From NCBI GenBank assembly GCA_963764785.1, contig CAVXTU010000001.1:222015-286014 (forward strand): DNA of 64,000 nt. The letters are read 5' to 3'. Source of the DNA: an uncultured Chloroflexia bacterium (GTDB taxonomy: Bacteria > Chloroflexota > Limnocylindria > Limnocylindrales > CSP1-4). The notes beneath the pieces were generated by a model. That model was not told where the DNA came from, did no database searches, and saw nothing but the letters and a program-made list of their open reading frames with translations. The position numbers were made by a program, and so were the translations under genes. Shown one piece after another: positions 1 to 9,405 of this stretch (its first letter is position 1; every line of letters starts with the position of its first letter).

Positions 1-203
1 GGGCGAAGGCCGGCATCACGCCGGACAAGCACGTGTCGTTCTACTGCGGCACCGGCTGGCGAGCCGCAGAGACGTGGTTCTATGCCTACATCATGGGCTG
101 GCCTCGCATCTCCGTGTACGACGGCGGCTGGTTCGAATGGAGTGCGGATCCGGCCTCCAACCCCATCGAGGCCGGCCTGCCGGAGGACTTCGTGGCGGCG
201 TGA
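1..203 (+). CDS. rhodanese-domain sulfurtransferase, C-terminal fragment (5' end outside window)
   Basis: Frame 3 is open from the window edge to TGA 201-203. It translates ...HVSFYCGTGWRAAETWFYAYIMGWPRISVYDGGWFEWS..., the Cys active-site loop and C-terminal pattern of rhodanese-type sulfurtransferases. Confidence 0.7.
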   Translation, partial: AKAGITPDKHVSFYCGTGWRAAETWFYAYIMGWPRISVYDGGWFEWSADPASNPIEAGLPEDFVAA

Positions 204-287
204 GGCTGAGCACCGCAGCGCAGTCGAACCGACACGCGCAGTCCACCGTACGGCAGCTTCCGGGTCGGATCCCGCCTTCCGTGCCGC

Positions 288-1259
288 TCAGATGCGGATG
301 ACGATCTTGCCCATGGCAGCGCCGGACTCCAGGTACCGGATGGCGTCGGGAACGTCGGCCAGCGCATAGGTGCGGTCGATGCGGGGTCGGATGGAGCCTT
401 CGGCAAGCAGCTCGGCGAGATAGGCCATGTCGCGTTGGTCATTCACGCGCCACATGAGCATGCCCATCTTTCGGTTCGTGGCCACCGTGATGAGCGAACC
501 GAGCGTGGCCGCCTCGACATAGGCGAATCCGGTGCCCCCGATGACGACATAGCCTCCACCGGGCTTGAGCAGCCTTCGCAACCCCAGCACGCCACCCCGA
601 GCCGCGATGTCCACGATGAGGTCGTAGCGCCGGTCCGACTGGCGATAGTCTTCCTGGGTGTAGTCGATGACCTCGTCGGCACCGAGCGACCGTACCATGT
701 CCAACTTCTCCGTCCGACAAACGCCAGTGACCGTGGCGCCGAGCGCCTTGGCCACCTGCACCGCGAACGGCCCCACGTTCCCCGATGCGCCGTTGACGAG
801 CACCTCATCGCCGGGCTGGACGGGCCGCCTGTCGCGGACCCCCTGTACCGCGAAGACGCCCGAAGACGGAACCGTGGCGGCCTCTTCGAACGTCACGCTA
901 TCCGGCATCATCGTCAGGGCTGACTCCGGTACGGAGACGTACTCAGCCCAGGCTCCAGAGCCAACGCCGAACAGGTCGCCGAACACGCGATCGCCTGCCT
1001 TGATGCGGGTCGCACCGCCACCGATGGCCTCCACCTCGCCAGCCATGTCGATGCCGGGGATCCTGGCCCGAGGTCTCCGCAAGCCAGTGCCCAGGCGCGC
1101 CAACCAGGGTCGGCCTCGCAGGTAGTCGACATCGGCCATGTTCACCGAGGAGGCGCGGACCCTGACCAGGACCTCGTCACCTGCAGGCACGGGCGTTGGC
1201 ACCTCGGCCAGCTCGAGAACCTCCGGCGGGCCGTAGTCGCGCCGCACGACTGCCTTCAC
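288..1259 (-). CDS. NADPH:quinone oxidoreductase / zinc-type alcohol dehydrogenase (MDR) family
   Basis: 323-aa ORF starting MKAVVRRDYGPPEVLELAEVP. Has the nucleotide-binding stretch VLVNGASGNVGPFAVQVAK and a typical MDR layout. Confidence 0.85.
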   Translation of the reverse strand: MKAVVRRDYGPPEVLELAEVPTPVPAGDEVLVRVRASSVNMADVDYLRGRPWLARLGTGLRRPRARIPGIDMAGEVEAIGGGATRIKAGDRVFGDLFGVGSGAWAEYVSVPESALTMMPDSVTFEEAATVPSSGVFAVQGVRDRRPVQPGDEVLVNGASGNVGPFAVQVAKALGATVTGVCRTEKLDMVRSLGADEVIDYTQEDYRQSDRRYDLIVDIAARGGVLGLRRLLKPGGGYVVIGGTGFAYVEAATLGSLITVATNRKMGMLMWRVNDQRDMAYLAELLAEGSIRPRIDRTYALADVPDAIRYLESGAAMGKIVIRI

Positions 1260-1297
1260 GGCGTCACGCCTGCTGAGATCTGATGCTGGGGCATCGA

Positions 1298-1849
1298 TCA
1301 GCCGGCGACTTCGCTCACCGGCTTGATGTCGTCAGGAGCCTTATCGGCGGTGCCGTGCAGCCGCTGCCAGAAACTGACATCGCGCCACTGGTCTCCCTTG
1401 AAACCAAGGCGCTGGAGTGTGCCGGCATGCTCGAAACCGAGAGACTCATGAAGCGCCACACTGCCGTCGTTGGGCATGGCGATGACCGCGACGATTGCCC
1501 GGTATCCCTGGGCCTCCAATAGCTCCACCATGCGGCTGGTCAGGGCCCGGCCGATCCCCTGGCGCTCATGGCCGGCGCGCACATAGACCGTGACCTCGCA
1601 CGTCCATCGGTATGCCCCGCGAAGTTTCCACGGGGACGCATAAGCGATGCCGCCCAGGACGCCGTCCCTGTCGGCGACCACGAAGGGATACCTCTCTCGA
1701 AGCACCTCCCAGGTCGCCTCCCAGTCCTCCTCTGACTGGATGTCCTCGTGGAAGTTGATGGCGGTGTTTTCGATGTAGTAGTTGACGATCTCGGCGAACT
1801 GCTCGATGTCCGCAGCTCCCGCGAGTCGGATCTCGTAGTCTTCCTGCAT
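1298..1849 (-). CDS. GNAT N-acetyltransferase, phosphinothricin-acetyltransferase-like
   Basis: Start taken at ATG 1849 (MQEDYEIRLAG...) inside the 209-aa ORF. Has the acetyl-CoA motif RQGIGRALTSRMVE and a PAT-like core AYASPWKLRGAYRWTCEVTVYV. Confidence 0.8.
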   Translation of the reverse strand: MQEDYEIRLAGAADIEQFAEIVNYYIENTAINFHEDIQSEEDWEATWEVLRERYPFVVADRDGVLGGIAYASPWKLRGAYRWTCEVTVYVRAGHERQGIGRALTSRMVELLEAQGYRAIVAVIAMPNDGSVALHESLGFEHAGTLQRLGFKGDQWRDVSFWQRLHGTADKAPDDIKPVSEVAG

Positions 1850-1923
1850 GGCACGACGATACCGGGCGGCGGGAGACTTGGCACGCCGCGTTCGTGCTCG
1901 AGGTCCTTCAGCGCAGGATACGA

Positions 1924-2469
1924 TCACTGACCAGCCAGCACGTCATCGACGGACCGGACCGGCAGCGGCTCGGAATCGTCCGTGGGGCCGACATGTCGTA
2001 GCCACGACCCCACGTCGCGCCAGGCACCGTGCTTGTAGCCGACACGTGTGAGCGTGCCCAGGTATTCGAAGCCGTACGACTCATGGAGGGCGACACTGGC
2101 GTCGGTCGGCAGCGTGATGCCAGCCACCAGACAGCGATAGCCCTGGGCGTCGAGGATCTGGAGCAGTCTCCGATACAGCAGGCTGCCGAGTCCCTGGCCC
2201 TGGAGCCCCTCGCGCAGGTAGATCGACACCTCGGCGGTCCAGTCGTAGGCGGCACGTGGATTGAAGCGCTTGGCGTAGGCGACACCGCAAACGACGTCGT
2301 CCCGCTCAGCCACCAGCCAGGGAAGGTGCGATCGCGACGCCACCCAGGCGGCCGTCCAGTCCTCGACTCGCTGTGGCTGGTCGGCAAAGTGGGCGACACC
2401 GCGCATGATGTGGTCATTGACGATGTCGGTGATGGCGGGCATATCGTCGGCGCCTGCGGTACCAACCAC
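1924..2469 (-). CDS. GNAT N-acetyltransferase, phosphinothricin-acetyltransferase-like (tandem paralog)
   Basis: Only the C-terminal ~180 aa of the 361-aa ORF look coding. Start is GTG 2469 (alternative ATG 2442). Has motif GQGLGSLLYRRLL and core AYAKRFNPRAAYDWTAEVSIYL, collinear with the neighbouring gene. Confidence 0.75.
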   Translation of the reverse strand: MVGTAGADDMPAITDIVNDHIMRGVAHFADQPQRVEDWTAAWVASRSHLPWLVAERDDVVCGVAYAKRFNPRAAYDWTAEVSIYLREGLQGQGLGSLLYRRLLQILDAQGYRCLVAGITLPTDASVALHESYGFEYLGTLTRVGYKHGAWRDVGSWLRHVGPTDDSEPLPVRSVDDVLAGQ

Positions 2470-2631
2470 CCGCGGCTGGACCCTCCAGCGGTCGTGCCCA
2501 CTGCCTGCCTCCCGTGCCTCCCCCAGCATCCCGATCGGGCCCGACGCATCGGCCGGGGCAAGTCGCCGCACTATAGCCCTGGCCAACCGACGAGTGCACC
2601 GAGGGAACGAGCAAGGCGTACGCTCCCAGCC

Positions 2632-3015
2632 ATGAGCGACGATGGGCCGACCGATGCCTTTGACGAGGCGCTCGACGCTGCGATCGCGGGGTTGCCCGAG
2701 CCATATCGAAGCCAGCTCGACAGTGTCGCCATCGTGGTCCAGGACGAGCCCGATCGAGCCCAGCTCGAAAGTGTCCGTGCGCGTGGCCTGCTGGGCCTCT
2801 ACCAGGGGGTGCCGCGTACTGCCTACGGCGCCGACGCAAGCCCGTTCGCCAGCAAGATCACACTGTTCCGCGGCCCGCTGATGCGGGCATACCCGTTCCG
2901 CGAAGCCTTGATCGACGGGGTGCGGGAGGCCTTCGACCACGAAGTCGCACATCATCTGGGCATCTCTGACGCGCGAATGCTGGAGTTGCGGACCCAGCAC
3001 CAGGACCACGACTGA
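2632..3015 (+). CDS. small zinc metallopeptidase family protein (HExxH, DUF1025-like)
   Basis: ATG 2632 (MSDDGPTDAFDEALD...) inside the 328-aa ORF. HExxH is present as FDHEVAHHLG. About 127 aa. Confidence 0.75.
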   Translation: MSDDGPTDAFDEALDAAIAGLPEPYRSQLDSVAIVVQDEPDRAQLESVRARGLLGLYQGVPRTAYGADASPFASKITLFRGPLMRAYPFREALIDGVREAFDHEVAHHLGISDARMLELRTQHQDHD

Positions 3016-3020
3016 ACATC

Positions 3021-3049
3021 GAACCCGGCATTTCTCGGGAACCCGGCAT
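3021..3049. repeat. 11-bp direct repeat GAACCCGGCAT x2 (3021-3031, 3039-3049)
   Basis: Read directly from the sequence. The second copy ends in the ATG of the 3048 ORF. Confidence 0.5.
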
Positions 3050-3665
3050 GCGGCGACGGCGTCGATATGACATCACCAGGACTTGCTGGTGCTATCGCTC
3101 GTTGGAGCCCAGGGGAGAAGATCACCATGGCCAGTCGTTCCGGAATCGACATTCCCACCGTCTCACGGGGGCCCTGATCACGGCGCTCGTCGCGGTGAGC
3201 CTCTCGGCTGCCACCGTGATCGCGGGAGACGAGCCCGACATCTCCACGATGCCATCGGCTTCGCCGTCCGGCCCTGCCGGTGCGCTCCCGCCAGGATCAC
3301 AGTCCACCTTGGTGGGGAGCTACCCGCTACCGGATCTCGTGGGTGATGCCGGGGACCTGCCAACGGTGTCCCTGGAAGCTGAGTCCAAACCGGGCTGGGT
3401 GGTCGGTGTGCCACAGCCCTATGACCTGGGCCACTGCGGCATCCTCTCCCCGGTGGATGTCGACGGCAGTCTGTGGGTTCCTGTCGGCGGAGCATCCGTC
3501 GCAGATGGACCGATCGAGGACGACGAGGTAGGTCAGCTCATCAACGCGACCGCGGGGACACTTGAGATCACCGCCACGCACAGCGCCGAGTTCGTCAGCC
3601 TGAGTGGCGTCCGCGTCGATCTCGAGCGGGCACCGGGTGCCCTCGACTACTTCCTCTGTATGTAG
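3048..3665 (+). CDS. hypothetical membrane-anchored/secreted protein
   Basis: 205-aa ORF with one hydrophobic segment (ALITALVAVSLSAATVIAG) followed by a Pro/Ser-rich linker. No recognisable family. Start uncertain. Confidence 0.45.
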   Translation: MRRRRRYDITRTCWCYRSLEPRGEDHHGQSFRNRHSHRLTGALITALVAVSLSAATVIAGDEPDISTMPSASPSGPAGALPPGSQSTLVGSYPLPDLVGDAGDLPTVSLEAESKPGWVVGVPQPYDLGHCGILSPVDVDGSLWVPVGGASVADGPIEDDEVGQLINATAGTLEITATHSAEFVSLSGVRVDLERAPGALDYFLCM

Positions 3666-3779
3666 CCTCGAGGGCCGCGACGGGCGTGCTCGTTCGATAG
3701 CGACGGGATGGCCCTGCGACAAGTCGCAGGGCCGCTCATCATGTTGGCGCCACGCCGATGTCTGAGGAGGATCGCGTCC

Positions 3780-5420
3780 ATGACTAGCGAATACATCGTC
3801 CCGTCGATCTCCGAGCCCGTGCCAGCAGCCGCCAACGAGGTCGTCCTGGTGGCCAGCGGCGACTTGCGTCACTCGGCCAACGTCGCCGGCTGGCCGGCGC
3901 AGCAGGAGCTCGAGGACCACATCACAGCGGCACTCGCGGAGGAAGGCTGGACCGTCCGGCGGGGTCATTCGTTCGACTCCGAGGTGGGACACGGGTTCAT
4001 CTGGAACCAACGCATGGGGATGGACGTCTTCGCGGGCATCCACCCCAATTCCCCGGTCATCGTGGCCGAGGCAGTATGGGAGTACACCCACCACGTCCTT
4101 GCCGGCCTCAAGTCGCACCGTGGCCCCATCCTGACCGCAGCCAACTGGAGTGGGCAATGGCCGGGACTGGTGGGCCTGCTGAACCTCAACGCCTCGATGA
4201 CCAAGGCAGGCATGGCGTACAGCACCATCTGGAGCCAGGACTTCAGCGATGACTGGGCCCGTAGCGCGCTCAAGCAATGGGTGCAGACCGGGTCGATCAA
4301 GCACGACATGTCCCATGTCCGCGATCTGGATCCGCGCGCCATCCCGGCGAAGGAATCCCAGCTGGGCCGCGCTCTGGCCGCCGAGCTGCAGCAGAAGAAG
4401 GCCGTCATGGGCGTCTTCGATGAAGGTTGCATGGGCATGTACAACGCCATCTTCGACGACGAATTCATCAACCCGATGGGGATCTACAAGGAGCGACTGA
4501 GCCAGTCGGCGCTGGTGTATCGCATGTCGACGATCAAGGATGAAGAGGCCGAGACGGTCTTCCAGTGGTTGCTGGAGCGGGGCATGCGCTTCGACTTCGG
4601 TGCCGACGAGGAGACCGAGCTGACCAAGGCCCAGGTCATCAGCCAGCTGAAGATGTATATCGCGGCCTTGCGTATCGCTGATGACTTCGGCTGTGCCGGG
4701 GTCGGGATCCAGTACCAGCAAGGCCTCAAGGACATGGTCCCCGCATCGGACCTGGCCGAAGGCCTGCTCAATGAGATCGACCGTCCGCCAGCGTACGCCG
4801 AGGATGGCCGCGAACTCTATCCGGGCCAGCCCCTCCCACATTTCAACGAAGTCGACTGGGGGGCCGGCGTCGATGCACTCATCACCAATCGGGTCTGGAC
4901 CGCGATGGGGCTGAACCCCTCGACCAGCCTGCACGACGTGCGCTGGGGTGACGCCTGGGGAGACGACTTCGTGTGGGTCATGGAGATCTCCGGCTCTGTC
5001 CCCCCGTCCCATATCAGCGGGGGCTATGGGGGCGTTGTGAGCGAGCGCCAAAGCCCCATGTACTTCCGCCTGGGCGGCGGCACCATCAAGGGCGTCAGCA
5101 AGCCCGGTCCGGTGGTGTGGAGCCGTGTCTTCCTGATGGACGGCATCCTGCAAGTCGACATCGGCATGGGCACGGCCGTCGAATTACCCGAGGAAGAGAC
5201 CCAGCGACGCTGGGATCTGACGTCAAGCAACTGGCCCATCATGCATCTGGTCATCCATGGCGTGGACCGCGACCAGTTCATGGCGCGCCACCGCTCCAAC
5301 CATATCCAGGTCGTCTACGCGCCCGACGAGGACACCGCGGACAAGGCCCTCGCCGCGAAGGCAGCGATGTTCGACGCCCTCGGCGTCAAGGTCAACGTCA
5401 TCGGTGACGTGAATATCTAG
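3780..5420 (+). CDS. L-fucose/L-arabinose isomerase family protein
   Basis: ATG 3780 is preceded by GAGGAGG (3764-3770). The 546-aa product is collinear with FucI/AraA-type sugar isomerases as I recall them. The 608-aa antisense ORF is an artefact. Confidence 0.75.
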   Translation: MTSEYIVPSISEPVPAAANEVVLVASGDLRHSANVAGWPAQQELEDHITAALAEEGWTVRRGHSFDSEVGHGFIWNQRMGMDVFAGIHPNSPVIVAEAVWEYTHHVLAGLKSHRGPILTAANWSGQWPGLVGLLNLNASMTKAGMAYSTIWSQDFSDDWARSALKQWVQTGSIKHDMSHVRDLDPRAIPAKESQLGRALAAELQQKKAVMGVFDEGCMGMYNAIFDDEFINPMGIYKERLSQSALVYRMSTIKDEEAETVFQWLLERGMRFDFGADEETELTKAQVISQLKMYIAALRIADDFGCAGVGIQYQQGLKDMVPASDLAEGLLNEIDRPPAYAEDGRELYPGQPLPHFNEVDWGAGVDALITNRVWTAMGLNPSTSLHDVRWGDAWGDDFVWVMEISGSVPPSHISGGYGGVVSERQSPMYFRLGGGTIKGVSKPGPVVWSRVFLMDGILQVDIGMGTAVELPEEETQRRWDLTSSNWPIMHLVIHGVDRDQFMARHRSNHIQVVYAPDEDTADKALAAKAAMFDALGVKVNVIGDVNI

Positions 5421-5446
5421 GCGCGCTCGCTGGGCAGCGGTTCGTT

Positions 5447-5872
5447 CTAGATAGCGGCACCGCTGTCCAACGACTCCGCCCATGCCTCGAAGCCGTCGGG
5501 CACGCGGCTCCCCTTGACCTTGTACATGCCGGTGACCTTGCCGCCCGCGGACTCGACAGCCATGGCCAATTGCCGAAGGGTTGACCCGATGGCCACCCGG
5601 TAGGTAGCGAACACGGCGACCGGTCGTCCATTGAGCGACATCCCGTCGATGAAATCGAGGACACCGTCGGGTGGATGCTGCCTGAAGATGGGGTTACCAG
5701 CGGTCCAGCAGCCGATGATCGTGGCATGGGCCCGCGACGCCCGCTTTGGGTCGGCGTCGACGATCGACTCGACGCTGCACTCATGGCCAGCCACTCGGAC
5801 GACCTCGGCCATCTTGTCGGCGACGGCCCGCTCGTTGCCTGTGTTCTCCTCGTAGACGATGATCACCTTCAT
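5447..5872 (-). CDS. flavodoxin-like protein
   Basis: ATG 5872 (MKVIIVYEENTGNERAVADKMAE...) with GGAGA upstream. Size and N-terminal beta-alpha pattern fit a flavodoxin fold. Confidence 0.7.
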   Translation of the reverse strand: MKVIIVYEENTGNERAVADKMAEVVRVAGHECSVESIVDADPKRASRAHATIIGCWTAGNPIFRQHPPDGVLDFIDGMSLNGRPVAVFATYRVAIGSTLRQLAMAVESAGGKVTGMYKVKGSRVPDGFEAWAESLDSGAAI

Positions 5873-5932
5873 CCTGATCTCCCCACTACCGCACGCATCC
5901 GATGCCATTGTGGCCGAGACGAACTCGCCACA

Positions 5933-7810
5933 TCAGCCCGGATACCACGGCTCAGCACCGTTCTCCGCAGCTTCGATGGCGAGGGCAGCGGTGATGACAC
6001 CGACGTGGCTGAAGGCCTGTGGAAAGTTGCCGAGGAGCTCGCCCGTGTGGGGGTCGATCTCCTCAGCCAGCAGCCCCAGGTCGCTGGCGCACGAGAGCAC
6101 CGTTTCGAAGCGGTCGCGCGCGCGCTTGACCTGGCCACTTCGCGCGAGGGCAGTGACCATCCACAGCGTGCAGAAGACGAAGGCCCCTTCGTTGCCTTCC
6201 AGCCCATCGTCAGCACGGTATCGATAGATGTGGCCGTTGACACCAAGCTCCTTGTCGATGGCCTCCACGGTCGCCATCACTCGTGGGTCGTCAGGCGGCA
6301 GGAACCCCAGGTTGGAGACCTGCAGCGCGGAGGCATCGAGCGAGGTCGAGCCGAATGCCTGGGTGAAGATGTCGCGCTCCGGGTCCAGGCCCTCCGTCTC
6401 GATGCGCCGGCGCATCTCGGCGCGTGCCTGAAGCCAGTGGTCGGGTATCTCATCCTTGCCGTCGTGACGTTCGATGACACTGATGCCGCGGTCCACCGCC
6501 AGCCACATGAGCAACTTGGAGAACAGGAAGTGGCGACGTCCGCCGCGAACTTCCCAGATACCCTCATCGGCCGTATCGAATTGCGAGATCGCCAGGTCGA
6601 CCACCTCGTCCAGGAATTGCGCATAGTGCGGATCCATGTGCTCACTGCTCGAGCTGTCGTGCGCCGAGGTGAACCAGGTCGAGGCCAGCAGCCAGCCATA
6701 GGTGTCGTGCTGCGACTGGTTCCAGGCCCCGTTGCCGATACGGACGGGCCGCGACCCCCGGTAGCCCGACAGGTGAGGCAGCTCGATCTCGTTGAGGATC
6801 CGCTCACCGCCGATGCCGTACATGATCTGTAGCTCGCCGGCTCGGCCCGCGGTCGTCAACCGGATCCAATCGGCGAAGCGCGCGCACTCGTAATCATGGC
6901 CCAGGCGGATGAGCGCGTTGAGCATGGTCGTCGAGTCGCGGACCCACGTGTAGCGGTAGTCCCAGTTGCGCGTCCCGCCGATGACCTCCGGCAACGACGT
7001 GGTCGCCGCCGCGATGACGGCCCCGGTCTTGCCGTCGGTCAGGCCCTTGATGGCCAGCGCACTGCGTTCTACGGCCTCCCGATACGGACCGTCGTAGTTG
7101 GTTCGCTCGGACCAGCGCTGCCAGAAGCGGACGGTGTCGTTCAGGCTGGCGAGCGCGTCAGCATGCGGCAGGCGTTTCGTATCGGGCCCGCTCGGGGTCG
7201 ACCAGGCGATGGTCACGACGCGTTCGTCGCCGGCAGCGACGGTGGCGGTGGCCTCGACCGATCCACGACCATCCCGCTCAAGTGGGCCGATCTCGCTCTC
7301 GAGCAGCAGCGAGTCCGCGCTCCCGATGGCCATGACCAGGTCGTCCGCAAGCTTGCTGATGTAGGGAGTCGTCAGGCCATACTCGAAACGCGGACGAAAC
7401 GCCAGACGCATCTCTACGCTCCCGCTGACGCCCCGAACGATGCGGACGAGCGAGTGACGAGCACCCAGCTGATGGGCGATGCCGACCTCCTCAGCGTCGG
7501 GCTGCACGGGCATGAAGTCGGTCAGCGTGACCGAGCCGGTCGCGGTCGTGAACGTGGTCTCGAGGACGTTGGTGCCGGGTAGATAGCGTCGCTCCACTGC
7601 GGCGTCCCGGCCGGACGGAGCGACCTGGAAAAACCCGCCGATGTCGCGGTCGAGGATCCGAGCGAAGACCGGACGACCATCAAAGCGGTGGAAGGCTGCC
7701 CATTCGATGGAGCCATCGCGCGCCACCAGGGCCAGGGAGTGACAATCGCTGAGGAACGCGTAGTCGGAGATGGGTGGAAAGCCGTCGTCCTGGTGGGTCA
7801 TCGCTGCCAT
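5933..7810 (-). CDS. glycoside hydrolase family 15 (glucoamylase/trehalase-like)
   Basis: Start at ATG 7810 (MAAMTHQDDGFPPISDYAFLSDCHSLALVARDGSIEW...) with GGAGGA 6 nt upstream. Has the GH15 N-terminal and (alpha/alpha)6 pattern. The upstream 190 aa of the 816-aa ORF are not coding-like. Confidence 0.85.
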   Translation of the reverse strand: MAAMTHQDDGFPPISDYAFLSDCHSLALVARDGSIEWAAFHRFDGRPVFARILDRDIGGFFQVAPSGRDAAVERRYLPGTNVLETTFTTATGSVTLTDFMPVQPDAEEVGIAHQLGARHSLVRIVRGVSGSVEMRLAFRPRFEYGLTTPYISKLADDLVMAIGSADSLLLESEIGPLERDGRGSVEATATVAAGDERVVTIAWSTPSGPDTKRLPHADALASLNDTVRFWQRWSERTNYDGPYREAVERSALAIKGLTDGKTGAVIAAATTSLPEVIGGTRNWDYRYTWVRDSTTMLNALIRLGHDYECARFADWIRLTTAGRAGELQIMYGIGGERILNEIELPHLSGYRGSRPVRIGNGAWNQSQHDTYGWLLASTWFTSAHDSSSSEHMDPHYAQFLDEVVDLAISQFDTADEGIWEVRGGRRHFLFSKLLMWLAVDRGISVIERHDGKDEIPDHWLQARAEMRRRIETEGLDPERDIFTQAFGSTSLDASALQVSNLGFLPPDDPRVMATVEAIDKELGVNGHIYRYRADDGLEGNEGAFVFCTLWMVTALARSGQVKRARDRFETVLSCASDLGLLAEEIDPHTGELLGNFPQAFSHVGVITAALAIEAAENGAEPWYPG

Positions 7811-7924
7811 GACGGTCCTCCGTGGTGGCCAGCGAACCCAACACGGCCGCCGGAACTGCAAGCTGTGCCGGAGTGTAGCCCGCGGCGGTGGATGAGCAGC
7901 GACGCTCGCTATACTCGGGTGGCG

Positions 7925-8152
7925 ATGCAGCAGATGTACCACCCTGATGACCTGGCTTCCATGGACCCGCTGGTCCTGATGAAGAACCTTGACCATGTGC
8001 GCATGACGTCTCGCCGCCTGAGTTACGTGTTGCAGAGCCAGGTGCACCTGTATCGTCCCGAGGCCAATGAGCTGCGGAGCGAGATCGACCTCTATGTGGA
8101 AGCCGAGCGCGCCATCGAGGCTGAGCTGGCTCGCCGCCAGATCCGCGCCTAG
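7925..8152 (+). CDS. small hypothetical helical protein (75 aa)
   Basis: ATG 7925, high G/C at third positions, helical charged sequence (...ANELRSEIDLYVEAERAIEAELARRQIRA). No family recognised. Confidence 0.5.
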   Translation: MQQMYHPDDLASMDPLVLMKNLDHVRMTSRRLSYVLQSQVHLYRPEANELRSEIDLYVEAERAIEAELARRQIRA

Positions 8153-8805
8153 CTCCACGCCGCAGGCTGCGTCCGGGGCCCGCCCCATCGAACCTGACGT
8201 CGTCATCAGGCGAGGCTTGCCCGCCGGCCTGCGTCGCGACGCGGCGACACTGTTCGAGCAGGCCTTCGGAGACAAGCTGCGCTCGGCGCTGCCGGCACCC
8301 GAGTCGATGGCCGCAGCGCTGGCGTGCACGCTTCGTGCCGACCACGTCGTCGCGGCTCTGCGTGGGGAGGAACTCGTCGGCATGGTCGGACTCAGCGCGG
8401 CCGAGGGGCAGTTTCAGGGCGGCGTGATCGGCGGGGATGGAGGTCTTTGATGACCTGCGCGAGCTACTGGGCTTCTTCGGTGGCGTCCGCGCCGTCGTTG
8501 GCCTGGCCATGGGACAGCATCGGCCAGAACACGGCGAGCTCTATGTCGATGGGATCGCCGTGACGGCGTCGGAACAGGGCCAGGGCATCGGGACCGAACT
8601 CTTGGCCGAGGTCCGGGCCATCGCGCAGGAGAGTGGCTTCCGATGGGTCAGGCTCGACGTGGTCGACACCAATCCGGGTGCTCAGCGACTCTATGAGCGA
8701 CTGGGCTACAAGGTCACCCGAGTGCAGACGTTCCGATACATGCGCCGGTTCGTCGGCTTCGGCGGGATGACCTCGATGGAGCTGGAGGTGCCTGCCGATG
8801 CCTAG
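8067..8805 (+). CDS. GNAT N-acetyltransferase, reading frame broken near 8428-8440
   Basis: The N-terminal half (ORF 8067-8450, ...VVIRRGLPAGLRRDAATLFEQAF...) and C-terminal half (ORF 8437-8805, ...YVDGIAVTASEQGQGIGTELLAEV...RLYERLGYKV) are collinear parts of one GNAT in frames offset by +1. The junction is at a GGGG run next to a GATC. The true start is unclear (8067, 8094 or non-canonical). Confidence 0.65.
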
Positions 8806-9191
8806 GCGATCGCGGCGATCTTGTGAGGTCCACGCTCCTCCGCGATGACGTGGGCGGCCAATTCGGCCAGTCGCGGGAGCGCGGCCAGGGCGAACCCGAT
8901 GCCAACGCTCCGGAGCTGCTCATAGTCCATCCCGCGATAGTCGCCACGAGCCGCCACGGCGCACATCTCGTCATACAGCTCCGGCCATGGGACGGCCCTT
9001 CGGCGATAGCAAAAGCGCACGAACGCCTTGGCCTCAGCCTCGGGGTCGACCGTCGCATCGACGGGGATGACCGCCGGGCCGGTTCTGCCCTCCGCGGGCT
9101 TGGCCACAGCAGCCACAGCGGTACTGCCGCCCGTCGCCTGGCGCTCTTGATCGTTCGCGGGCAGCACGTTGCCCAGCCGTTCTCTCGACAC
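8802..9191 (-). CDS. conserved hypothetical protein
   Basis: 129-aa ORF with good codon bias and a core FVRFCYRRRAVPWPELYDEMCAVAARGDYRGMDYEQLR. No function known to me. Confidence 0.55.
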   Translation of the reverse strand: MSRERLGNVLPANDQERQATGGSTAVAAVAKPAEGRTGPAVIPVDATVDPEAEAKAFVRFCYRRRAVPWPELYDEMCAVAARGDYRGMDYEQLRSVGIGFALAALPRLAELAAHVIAEERGPHKIAAIA

Positions 9192-9405
9192 CCTCTCCCA
9201 CTTTCACGGGCACACGAATCAGCCCGCCCTGAAGCGATTCGAAAAAGTCACTGGTCGCGGCGCTCCGTCCGCGACACCACGGCACTCCCCCCGCCCCGCG
9301 GAGACGTCCGCAAACCCCTGGGGCCGGTTCCCTCGTACGTCTCCCGGAGTCCCCTCCGGGCGACCTGTGCATGGTACGTCGGATGCGTCGCGAGCCGCTA
9401 GCGGG

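Noticed and set aside
3327-5153. 608-aa ORF antisense to the FucI-family gene. Similar long antisense or alternative-frame ORFs occur at 22606-24684, 30341-31984, 32505-34376, 39947-41113, 46365-47756 and 54941-55957.
   Set aside because: The translations are Arg/Gly/Pro/His-rich with no family motifs. They lie exactly opposite or out of frame to genes with clear conserved motifs. This is the typical stop-codon-poor artefact of GC-rich DNA.
5421-5446. CAGCGGT...ACCGCTG complementary heptamers between the convergent FucI-like and flavodoxin genes, considered as a bidirectional terminator.
   Set aside because: The loop is 19 nt, there is no flanking T/A tract, and the element extends past the 26-nt gap into the flavodoxin stop codon. 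Not convincing.
7925-8152. Idea that the 75-aa helical protein is an RsiG-like c-di-GMP-binding anti-sigma factor.
   Set aside because: The E-x3-S-x2-R-x3-Q-x3-D signature is absent around the LSYV segment. The resemblance is only general coiled-coil character.
7811-8383. N-terminal 190 aa of the 816-aa ORF containing the GH15 gene.
   Set aside because: The sequence is low-complexity. The conserved GH15 N-terminus begins at MAAMTHQDDGFPPISDY with a GGAGGA ribosome-binding site. The opposite strand carries a better small ORF and the GNAT gene.
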